A stretch of DNA of 64,000 nucleotides from Verrucomicrobiota bacterium (GCA_049510395.1 JBEKYY010000001.1:665-64664), one strand, 5' to 3'; shown: positions 45,327 through 54,912, counted from the stretch's first letter. A program made the numbers and translations. Notes: generated by a model not told the origin, from the letters alone.

Positions 45327-47690
45327 ATGGATTCCGTTGAAAAAGTATTAAAGGCCGTGCTGGATTTCCACGCAGGCGACCCGCAGTTGCTGGCCGTTCA
45401 ACTCAAAGCATCGCCAGCTTCGGTTCAACGCTGGGTGACTGGCGCAGCCAAGCCCCGTCCCGCCTATGAGGCAAAGCTCCGAAAAATTTATTCCGAACTG
45501 GTAAGCCAACCGTCCGAATTAAAAGAGACCCCGCCAGCCTACCGTGTCACCCCGCATCATCCGATGATAACGGAGGCAGTTGACGCAACGCTCCGGTCTA
45601 TTCGAGAGATTCTGCATAAGCGCGCTCATCTGTCATCGAGAAGCCAGGCACTGGATGAACTGTCCAAACTTCTCTTTGCTCACGTCGAAGGTCTGCGCCG
45701 TGGTAACGGGGGCATTTCCCGGCAGGCCGTTGCTCGAAACGGCCAGAGTCTGGCCGCAGCTTTGAAAGAGCATGTGGACGAAACGATTCGTCAAAGCCTG
45801 CCGGAATCACTCGCGCACTCTGTGGATGCGCGGGACTTTGAATTGAAGCTCAAGCCACAGGAGAACGAGTTGGCGGCGGAGTTGGTTGAGTGTTTTGAAA
45901 CATTACAACGGCAAACCTCCTCATTTAGTTTTTCCGGCTTCGACATTCTCAACGAAGTGTTTGGAAAATTCTTGGCGGATTCGTTTATTGACGAGAAAGA
46001 GCTTGGCCAATATCTGACACCGCCTGAAGTGGTCAGATTCATGATTGGTCTGGCGATTCATGGACTGTCCGACTCGGAACTGGAGATGCTTTGTGATCCC
46101 AAGCGGTGTGCCGATTTCGGTTTGATTCTCGATCCATCGTGCGGGGTGGCTTCATTCCTAGCCGAAACAGTTCACCAGCTTCAGGAGCGAATGAAGGAAC
46201 GCATACAAGACGCCAAGCAGCGCGAAGCTTGGCTCAATGCTCTGCTTGGGCGCGTGGTGGTCGGGATAGATAAAAGCGAGAGAATGGTTCGGCTGGCGCT
46301 GACCAACATTGCCATGTTCGGTTTTCCGATGGCCAGGCTTCACCTCGCCAACTCGCTCGCCAGAAACGGAGCGGATGCCAAACTTACGGACAGTTTGGCC
46401 GGAAAGGTCAGGTTGATTCTAACGAATCCCCCCTTCGGCGCGTCTTTTCAAGGCAACGACTTGGTGAAATACAAGATTGCAACCCAGTGGTCACGGCGTT
46501 TCCCCGGACGTTTGGATTCCGAAATTTTATTCATGGAGCGTTACCTCGACTGGCTTGCTCCTGGGGGGCAACTCATCGCAATCGTGCCCGACAGCATTTT
46601 AACGAACAAGGCCGTGTTTGAGGAACTGCGCCGGGGAATTGCGAACGACATTGATTTATGCACGGTCGTTTCGTTGCCTAGCGTGACTTTTGGTGTTGCA
46701 GGCACAAACACAAAAACCTCCATTCTTCATCTGCGCAAGAAATCGAAAGCAAACGGTTCATCACAATGCACGGCGTTCGCCATCTGCCAAGACATCGGAT
46801 TTACAGTTGCGACGAAGGCAAACCAGCGCATGAAGATTGTTCAGGGCGAGGGTGATCTCCCTCGCATCCTCAATGAGATTACCGAGCCGCCGCCCAAATC
46901 GAATTTGGTAAGGTGGCTGGAGGATGCCCATGTTCTTGAGCGGTGGGATGCTCAACACCACGCTTCGCTGTCAGCCGAAGTTGAGCAGCGTCTCAACCTC
47001 AAGACCGACGAGGATCTTTATGTTTCGGACGTTGCCGAGTTGGTGGACGAGCGCGCCGACCCGCGCCGATGGGGAGACAAACAATTCAATTATATCGAAA
47101 TCTCTGACATTGATTCACAGACTTGTGTTGTTTACTCCAACAGTATCGAAACTTCAGTCGCACCGAGTCGGGCGAGAAAGATTGTGAAAGCAGGTGACGT
47201 GCTGGTTTCAACGGTCCGACCAGAGCGCGGGACAGTCGGGATCGTTGGGCCGCATCAAGATGGCTCGGTTTGCACGACCGGGCTGGCTGTCTTGCGGCCA
47301 ACGAAGATTAACGCACTGACTTTGGCCTGTCTCTTGAAGACCGAATTTGTGATTGCTCAACTTATGCGCAACAACGTCGGCATCGCGTACCCCGCTATTG
47401 ACGAGTCCTGTCTTTTGGGGGTGCTGCTGCCGGCTCGGCGGGAGGATTTGCCGAAACTTCGGCGGCAAGCCGCAGAGATTTCAGAGAACGAGGAACGTCT
47501 TCATACCATCCGAAAGCGCTTCAAGGAATCTATTGAGAGTGCCGGGGCTGCGTGGCGGCAGATGAACTTCAAGCCAGCTTCCAAACCTCATCCAGCGATC
47601 CAAACCACGTCCCGTCGCCAATCTCGCACGGTGGATTCTGGTTCACATGATCAGGAAACTTTTCAGCTCGCGGCAAGCCATAGCGCTTGA
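45327..47690 (+). CDS. N6-adenine DNA methyltransferase with N-terminal HTH and C-terminal HsdS-like target-recognition region
   Basis: It has an HTH-like segment LAVQLKASPASVQRWVTG, motif I LDPSCGVASFL and motif IV LTNPPFGASF. The TRD-like segment is GDVLVSTVRPERGTVGIV...TGLAVLRP. Confidence 0.8.
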   Translation: MDSVEKVLKAVLDFHAGDPQLLAVQLKASPASVQRWVTGAAKPRPAYEAKLRKIYSELVSQPSELKETPPAYRVTPHHPMITEAVDATLRSIREILHKRAHLSSRSQALDELSKLLFAHVEGLRRGNGGISRQAVARNGQSLAAALKEHVDETIRQSLPESLAHSVDARDFELKLKPQENELAAELVECFETLQRQTSSFSFSGFDILNEVFGKFLADSFIDEKELGQYLTPPEVVRFMIGLAIHGLSDSELEMLCDPKRCADFGLILDPSCGVASFLAETVHQLQERMKERIQDAKQREAWLNALLGRVVVGIDKSERMVRLALTNIAMFGFPMARLHLANSLARNGADAKLTDSLAGKVRLILTNPPFGASFQGNDLVKYKIATQWSRRFPGRLDSEILFMERYLDWLAPGGQLIAIVPDSILTNKAVFEELRRGIANDIDLCTVVSLPSVTFGVAGTNTKTSILHLRKKSKANGSSQCTAFAICQDIGFTVATKANQRMKIVQGEGDLPRILNEITEPPPKSNLVRWLEDAHVLERWDAQHHASLSAEVEQRLNLKTDEDLYVSDVAELVDERADPRRWGDKQFNYIEISDIDSQTCVVYSNSIETSVAPSRARKIVKAGDVLVSTVRPERGTVGIVGPHQDGSVCTTGLAVLRPTKINALTLACLLKTEFVIAQLMRNNVGIAYPAIDESCLLGVLLPARREDLPKLRRQAAEISENEERLHTIRKRFKESIESAGAAWRQMNFKPASKPHPAIQTTSRRQSRTVDSGSHDQETFQLAASHSA

Positions 47691-48447
47691 CGTCTTTAGG
47701 AACTGAACGGGCGAACGCAAATTCGCGGATGTTGCCGCTACGCAAGAAAAGACTGACCGCAAAGAAGTCTTGGGTGGCAAATTTGCAACTGCTCGTTGGA
47801 TAACCATCTGTCAGGCTGTGAATCAAGCGCGCGAATTTGGTGTTCGTTCCCCAAAGTGATTTAGCTTCGAGCTTTTTAATGACGCCTGACTTCTCCACTT
47901 CGAAATCAAAATAAGCGTAGCCGCCGATATGCTTAGCCATGTCTTCGGGCATCCGGCGTACTTTGTAACCGGCCTTCTTCAAAACTTGAACAAGCGAATA
48001 CTCGACCAAGCCGCTGAGAACTTTTGCCGATGCCCCATACTGGTCAACTTCCAAGAAATCGTTTTGTGAGAGACCCGCCAGCGCTTTCTCAAGCTCTGCT
48101 TTCTTTGAAGCTGAACCTGTGTAAATTTCTCCTTCGGCAACGCCTGCTCGCTTATCCACAGAAAGAATCCGACCTTTGGCAATTTCCCGCCAGACACCGC
48201 CTTCCTCGTAGGATTGTGGAACAAATTTGCCCGTTCGACCGGGAACAGCCAAGTCTTCACACTCCTTGTCGATACGGATCTTGAAGCTGGCGCGGTAGTG
48301 GCTTTGGCCGGAAACCTTGATGATGGTTTTGTCGAGTGTTCTAATCGGAATAAGAACCGGACAGAGAATGCTCTCAAGTGCCTGCGGCGTTACATCACCA
48401 TAGCGCTTTGTCAGCCGCTCAAAGAGAGCCTTGTAATCAACTTTCAT
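47569..48447 (-). CDS. Candidate restriction endonuclease (PD-(D/E)xK-like), convergent with the methyltransferase
   Basis: A possible catalytic core is LVEYS...YFDFEVEKSGVIKKLEAKS (E...D-x12-E-x-K). The gene is AT-rich and its 3' end overlaps the MTase gene by 122 nt. Confidence 0.45.
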   Translation of the reverse strand: MKVDYKALFERLTKRYGDVTPQALESILCPVLIPIRTLDKTIIKVSGQSHYRASFKIRIDKECEDLAVPGRTGKFVPQSYEEGGVWREIAKGRILSVDKRAGVAEGEIYTGSASKKAELEKALAGLSQNDFLEVDQYGASAKVLSGLVEYSLVQVLKKAGYKVRRMPEDMAKHIGGYAYFDFEVEKSGVIKKLEAKSLWGTNTKFARLIHSLTDGYPTSSCKFATQDFFAVSLFLRSGNIREFAFARSVPKDVKRYGLPRAEKFPDHVNQNPPCEIGDGTWFGSLDEVWKLA

Positions 48448-48500
48448 AAATCAGTTCTTCGCCCCCGCTATGCCCTTCCATTTTATGCCTTTCACCCAGA

Positions 48501-48699
48501 GGTGGTCACAGTTTGTGACCACCTTCAAACACTTTAAGGTCGCAAATTGCGACCTTAACCCGAACCGGTCACAGATTGTGACCGGTCCATTTGATATGCC
48601 AATTTGGCATTTCAAAAACTCTGCCCACTTGCTGCCACGATCTTGAGGTCACAAATTGTTACCAGTTCCACATCCTTCTTGAAATCATAAACTGTGATT
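48501..48699. repeat. Array of six palindromes with 3-nt centres
   Basis: The six sites are 48501-48523 GGTGGTCACAgttTGTGACCACC, 48536-48556 AAGGTCGCAaatTGCGACCTT, 48564-48586 ACCGGTCACAgatTGTGACCGGT, 48596-48610 ATGCCAattTGGCAT, 48647-48663 GGTCACAaatTGTTACC and 48683-48699 AATCATAaacTGTGATT. Confidence 0.9.
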
Positions 48700-48783
48700 G
48701 CGGACGAGTTCGGCAGCGGCGTTCACCAACGCCCCGGGCGGTTGGATTCGGCGATCGTGGAGTTCATGGGCCGTCCTCTAGTT

Positions 48784-49317
48784 TCAATCCTCCTCGCGGA
48801 ACTTCTTCACGGCAAACCGCTGGATGCGCACCGGCTCGAACTCGCCAATGCCACCCTTGCACCGCGCAGTGGTGAGTTGTTGCTCGACGGTTTTGATGCC
48901 TTTGACGTCGGCCAGCAATATCCCGCAACGATTATCTTCGGTGGTCAGCACGACGCCGTAACGCCGCGGGTCCAACTCCGTCGTCGAGGTGACTTCCTCC
49001 GGCGGGTGAACCACGCTGACCTCGAAGTGCAAATGCTCCAATTCGCGGGGGCCAACCGGCGCAAAACGTCCATCACGGAAGGCGGCATCGCGCGCGACGT
49101 GCCACGTTTCCTCAGCGGTGTTCGCAAAGTGTGGTGTCAACGTGCCGACGCAGCCGCGCAATTTCTGTCGCGGACCGCGGATGGTAACGAACACGCCGTG
49201 CCGCTCGCCCAGGATGCCCTCCGCCGCGATTGCCGGTTTTCCCGCATCGCCGCGGAACGCGGCTTCGATCGAGCGCCGCGCGATCTGCGAAAGCGCCTTT
49301 CCGGTTTCCTGCTCCAT
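48784..49317 (-). CDS. amrA: AMMECR1-domain protein (AmmeMemoRadiSam system protein A)
   Basis: It has the LRGCVGT motif and the RDGRF segment. I prefer the ATG at 49317 (MEQETGKALSQIARRSIEAAF) to the ORF-track start at 49365. Confidence 0.75.
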   Translation of the reverse strand: MEQETGKALSQIARRSIEAAFRGDAGKPAIAAEGILGERHGVFVTIRGPRQKLRGCVGTLTPHFANTAEETWHVARDAAFRDGRFAPVGPRELEHLHFEVSVVHPPEEVTSTTELDPRRYGVVLTTEDNRCGILLADVKGIKTVEQQLTTARCKGGIGEFEPVRIQRFAVKKFREED

Positions 49318-49346
49318 AATTTCAGTTCTTCGCCGAGGCAAGAGGC

Positions 49347-49458
49347 GGTTGTAATTTGCTACCACCTCAAACGTTTAAGTTCGCAAATTGTTACCAGTTC
49401 CGCGTTCATCCCGAAATCACAATTTGCAATTTCAAGGTAGTCACAGATTGTGACGACC
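49347..49458. repeat. Second, colinear palindrome array
   Basis: The four sites are 49347-49363 GGTTGTAattTGCTACC, 49379-49395 GTTCGCAaatTGTTACC, 49415-49431 AATCACAattTGCAATT and 49436-49458 GGTAGTCACAgatTGTGACGACC. The spacer blocks (acctcaaacgtttaa, agttccgcgttcatcccga) are homologous to those of the 48501-48699 array. Confidence 0.85.
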
Positions 49459-49500
49459 TTTTCTCAGCTAAGCGCGATAGACCAGTCCGGCTTGGATCGC

Positions 49501-49623
49501 CAACCCTGGGCTGATGGATTTGACTTGAGCCGTTTGGGAAACGGCGAAAGGAATTTGGCAAAGCCAAAGGCCTGCCAAGGCCGAGCGAGCGGGCGCGAGT
49601 GAGTCCATCCCGTTGGGATTCAC
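49501..49623. repeat. CAACCCTGGGCTGATGGATTTGA ... CCCGTTGGGATTC repeat
   Basis: The blocks at 49501-49523 and 49605-49623 are shared with 51323-51363. Confidence 0.7.
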
Positions 49624-49654
49624 GGACGAAGCGTAACGCAGTGAAACGAAAGGG

Positions 49655-51094
49655 CTACGGTCTAAACAAACGAAAGAAAGCGTTTCCAACTGGCGAAGCC
49701 ATGAACAAATGGTTCGTGCCGTCATCTTGAATGCCATTTGTCACATTGCTCCAGTTTGATGTTTGGAGGCCATTCGTATTCTCCTGAAGCGCGCATCTTG
49801 GCGCGGGAGAAGGCCAGGAGACGGCGACTTGATTCGTCGCTGTTAGCCGAATCTGGAGCAATGGCGGCGGGATACTGAACAAATATGCCGCACCTGTGTT
49901 CATGGCGCCCGTATTGTCGCCAGGAGAACCTGCCAGCACCAAATCGTCGCCAAAGACGGCTAATGAGCTGCCGAACCCAAGATATAGATTGAGATATATC
50001 GCCGTGGGGTTGGTAAAAGTAGCCAGCGTGTTGCCGTTCGTGCTGAACAAAAATACCGTCCCGGAGCGGGTTTGGACATTGTCATCGGGGGCGCCGATGA
50101 GCACTTGATTGGTGTCCACCGCGGCGATGGAGGAGCCAAACTGCGCGCTCGGATCCGCATTCGGATCGGTGAAAGAAGCTAGCACCGCAGCGTTGGTATT
50201 GAATAAATAAACGGTTCCCGATGACGCACTGATAAGCACCCGGTCGTTACCCAACGCGACCATGGACCACCCATAATTCTCATAGTTTGGCGCATTTGAA
50301 TCGGTAAAATTCATCAGCAAAGTGCCATTGGTATTAAACAAATAAGCCCCACCGGGATTCGAGGTATAAGGGTCGGTCTGCGGCGCGCCCACCAGCAATT
50401 TGTCGTTGAAGACCACTGCAACCGAGTGACCAAACAGATTATCGCCCGGAATCGGATTGGTGATCGTGGTTAACAGGATCCCGTTCGTGCTGAACAAAAA
50501 CGCCGCGCCGCTGTTGGGGATGCTCAACTGATAGCCTTGTGCCCCGATCAGTACCCGGTCCCGACCCAGCGCCGCCACGGAACTGCCAAACTGGAGTACC
50601 GACGACGGAGTGGGATTGGTGAAAGTCGTCAGCAAGTTTGCATTGGTGTCAAACAGGTAGGCCGCACCGCCGCCGTCCGCAAACCGCGCGCCGATGATCA
50701 CGCGATTGTTGCCCATTGCACTCATGGCCTCGCCGAACTGCGCGCCCATCTTCGGGACCGGATTGGTGAAGCTCAACAGCAATGTGCCGTTCGTATTAAA
50801 CAGATAGGCGGCTCCCGCGTTCTCGGCTCCCGTGTCATCGGCGGGCGCGCCGACGAGCACCCGGTCATTCCCCACCGTCGCCACCGACCAGCCGAATTCA
50901 GCAAATGCGCTGGGGACAGGGTTGGTGAAAGCCGTGATTAATATTCCCGTTTGCGCGAGGCAGACAAACGGAGCGAGCAGCCCAACCACGTCCAAAATTT
51001 TAACTAAGCGGAATTTCACGGCGTCAGGAATAACAGTAACCCCACACGGCACCCCAGACAATCCTGAATTGCGCCACTGATGGCGAAGAACCAT
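49655..51094 (-). CDS. Secreted FG-GAP-like beta-propeller repeat protein
   Basis: There are at least 7 repeats of about 45-50 aa of the type FG.SVA..G.DRVLIGAP....GAAYLF.TNG.LL.TFTNP. The C-terminus carries a W...LQ...FFRL module. The start is uncertain. Confidence 0.65.
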   Translation of the reverse strand: MVLRHQWRNSGLSGVPCGVTVIPDAVKFRLVKILDVVGLLAPFVCLAQTGILITAFTNPVPSAFAEFGWSVATVGNDRVLVGAPADDTGAENAGAAYLFNTNGTLLLSFTNPVPKMGAQFGEAMSAMGNNRVIIGARFADGGGAAYLFDTNANLLTTFTNPTPSSVLQFGSSVAALGRDRVLIGAQGYQLSIPNSGAAFLFSTNGILLTTITNPIPGDNLFGHSVAVVFNDKLLVGAPQTDPYTSNPGGAYLFNTNGTLLMNFTDSNAPNYENYGWSMVALGNDRVLISASSGTVYLFNTNAAVLASFTDPNADPSAQFGSSIAAVDTNQVLIGAPDDNVQTRSGTVFLFSTNGNTLATFTNPTAIYLNLYLGFGSSLAVFGDDLVLAGSPGDNTGAMNTGAAYLFSIPPPLLQIRLTATNQVAVSWPSPAPRCALQENTNGLQTSNWSNVTNGIQDDGTNHLFMASPVGNAFFRLFRP

Positions 51095-51138
51095 TTTTTT
51101 GTGAGAATGGCGACACGCCTAGATGCGGGCGCAACGGC

Positions 51139-51363
51139 CAACCGCAACGCGGTTGCAACCTTCAGCCCGGCGTTGCCGCGCAGCGGCTACGCTGGGTGAA
51201 CTGGCAAAATGAAAAACAACTCTGAAGGAGTTGTGTCAGGTTGCGGCGGATTGGATGCAACGTTTTCAGCGTTGATAAATTGGTTGGCTGGTTTCCTAGG
51301 GTAGCCCCGAAAGCATTCGGAGCAACCCTAGGCTGATGGATTTGAATCTCGTTGGGATTCGAG
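51139..51363. repeat. Composite noncoding repeat region
   Basis: It contains a 7-3-7 palindrome CAACCGCaacGCGGTTG (51139-51155), a CAACTCtgaagGAGTTG hairpin, and then CAACCCTAGGCTGATGGATTTGA..CGTTGGGATTC (51323-51363), which matches 49501-49623. Confidence 0.65.
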
Positions 51364-51381
51364 CACGCCGAGCACGACAGA

Positions 51382-53193
51382 TCACTCTCGCTCGAAATCA
51401 ATTTGGCCATCGAATTCAAGAATAGCCTTCGTATTGAGTCCCCCTCCACATTCGCGCTGTTCCAACGTGTCGAACGCTCGAACGACTCTGTCTTTGATAA
51501 GCGTGAAACAATCTTTTGAACTGATCTCCAGAGCTGGCTCCATATAAAGAGCATAGCGATTAAACGCCACTAATCCCTTAACCTTTTCACATTGAAATTC
51601 AGTGACGCGTGCCTCGCCCCGCAAAGCTTGGCTGAGCGCTTCTTTGAATTTCTCTTTGTCTATCCCGAAGGGGTCAACACTGGATTTTTTTCTGAACCGT
51701 GAGATTTCAATCACCCGCCGCTTGTGGTTAATTGGGACGCCGTTCACATGGTCTGGAAGAGCGACGAGCAACTCTTCGGGAGGTTGTGCGTAAAGATGTC
51801 CGAACAACTTTTCTATGATTGCCCAAACTTCTACAGTGGCTTCTTCTCCAGGCAAACGTGCAAGTGTGCCTGTCTTTTCCAGAGCAGCAGCAATAGGCCG
51901 CTGACCGAATTCTCGCCAATCCATTACGAGATGGAACACGCCCAAGTGTGGATTGGTTGCGTGCATCGTGATTACTCCGGAGACCCATCCGGGTTCAGTT
52001 TCAGCTTCTGGAGTTTGCATGAAAACAAATCCGTCGCTCGCCACAGCCCGATGCACGGCTTCTGCCTCGGCAGCGAGGCATCGCCAAGGCAACATCTGTG
52101 AATGAATGTGTTTCTTGAATTGTTCGGCTCTAAGGAAGTCATCCGGCGTTGGGGAAACGCGCGCGAAAAACTGAACAGCTAGGTCCAGTTCGGGGCACAC
52201 GTAAAAATGGCTATCCCAACTCAAATGCCGTCGCGATACCTCCCTGAGAAAGCCTTCAGGGGGCGCAAATGCGTATTGTCGGTCCTCGACGAGTTTCTCC
52301 CCAATTTTCGACATGCACTGCCAGTGGGTCAATTCACCGGCATATGGGGTTTGGTGTTTCGGATGTTTGTCGCGGCTTGTCAACTCAATTGGACTGAAAA
52401 TAAATGAAAGCCATTCGCCGGGTAGCAACTCAAAACCCGATTTTGACACGACATCTCTTGCAGACTTGATGAATGCCTCCAAGTCTTGGTTCTGGGTTTG
52501 GACATTAAAGCCAGAGATGAATCGCGGCTGAAGCGTTTTGAGCACGGTCATCCAACTTGGAAGCCAGTTAAGATTGGTTTGGCAACGTTCCAAACTCATC
52601 TCGTCTCGTTCGCGTGATTCGTTAAAAGCAACGAAAGGTGAAGCGACAGATTCACTGCGATAACCTGGCATCAACACCGGATAGACATCGCAAGCAAGCG
52701 AAAAATCATCAAGCCGCAGAAGCTTTGCGTAAAACTTCTCAATGATCCCACTGAGAAGCTGACGAGAATTTGCGAGGTCAGATTCGCGTGACAGACGGAA
52801 CGAAATGGATTCTTGACCCAAACGGCTATAATCGGCACGAAGCTGGGGCATAGGATCACACCAGTATGCACGACCACTCTCAACATCGTAAACGGCAATG
52901 AAGATCGGAAAATACTCTTCGACCCATTGTCGGCAGATAGAAGCTTTGATTGTAACGCTCAGGTAACCGTCATCCGTTTCAGTGACTTCGTCCCCGAGAG
53001 ACTTTCCCTTGACCTGACACCGGAAATAAAGATTTGTGCGTTGGCCTTCCGCGAAAATGTTGGACTCAACATCTTCCCCGTAATCGCTTTGAACAATATC
53101 GGCGGTCCATCCCCATCGTTTGAAGATTAGGGCTACACTGGTTTGGGCAATGTCTCCGGTGACGTGCTCCTTTGGTCTTTGCGGTTTGTCCAT
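51382..53193 (-). CDS. DUF4365-type (restriction-endonuclease-like) N-terminal domain protein with a C-terminal region of about 450 aa of unknown function
   Basis: The N-terminal pattern is GDIAQTSVALIFKRWGW..DIVQSDYGEDVE.......LYFRCQVKGK....PIFIAVYDVESGRAYW. I prefer the ATG at 53193 (MDKPQRPKEH). The gene is AT-rich. Confidence 0.6.
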   Translation of the reverse strand: MDKPQRPKEHVTGDIAQTSVALIFKRWGWTADIVQSDYGEDVESNIFAEGQRTNLYFRCQVKGKSLGDEVTETDDGYLSVTIKASICRQWVEEYFPIFIAVYDVESGRAYWCDPMPQLRADYSRLGQESISFRLSRESDLANSRQLLSGIIEKFYAKLLRLDDFSLACDVYPVLMPGYRSESVASPFVAFNESRERDEMSLERCQTNLNWLPSWMTVLKTLQPRFISGFNVQTQNQDLEAFIKSARDVVSKSGFELLPGEWLSFIFSPIELTSRDKHPKHQTPYAGELTHWQCMSKIGEKLVEDRQYAFAPPEGFLREVSRRHLSWDSHFYVCPELDLAVQFFARVSPTPDDFLRAEQFKKHIHSQMLPWRCLAAEAEAVHRAVASDGFVFMQTPEAETEPGWVSGVITMHATNPHLGVFHLVMDWREFGQRPIAAALEKTGTLARLPGEEATVEVWAIIEKLFGHLYAQPPEELLVALPDHVNGVPINHKRRVIEISRFRKKSSVDPFGIDKEKFKEALSQALRGEARVTEFQCEKVKGLVAFNRYALYMEPALEISSKDCFTLIKDRVVRAFDTLEQRECGGGLNTKAILEFDGQIDFERE

Positions 53194-53212
53194 CGGAGTT
53201 TGTCGCTTGGCT

Positions 53213-53295
53213 TCAATTCTTCGCCCCCGCGAGTTCCTCTTCGAAATCCACAATCTCTTTGATTTGTGTCAGGAACCGGCGGCCTTGGCAATTGC
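53213..53295 (-). pseudogene. Duplicated remnant of the carB(N) 3' end
   Basis: The minus-strand translation ...[22 protein letters not shown] matches the genuine end ...[23 protein letters not shown] at 18/22 residues. About 80 nt align with 53334-53415. Confidence 0.8.
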
Positions 53296-53333
53296 GGAAT
53301 GCAGATTTCGGATTGTGGATTGAAATCGTCATT

Positions 53334-54839
<1,506 letters not shown>

Positions 54840-54912
54840 AGTTCAAACCGCCACGGATGAAACACGGATTGCGCGGGAAGCGAAAGGAAAAAGCTGCACG
54901 TAGCGGCGTCTT

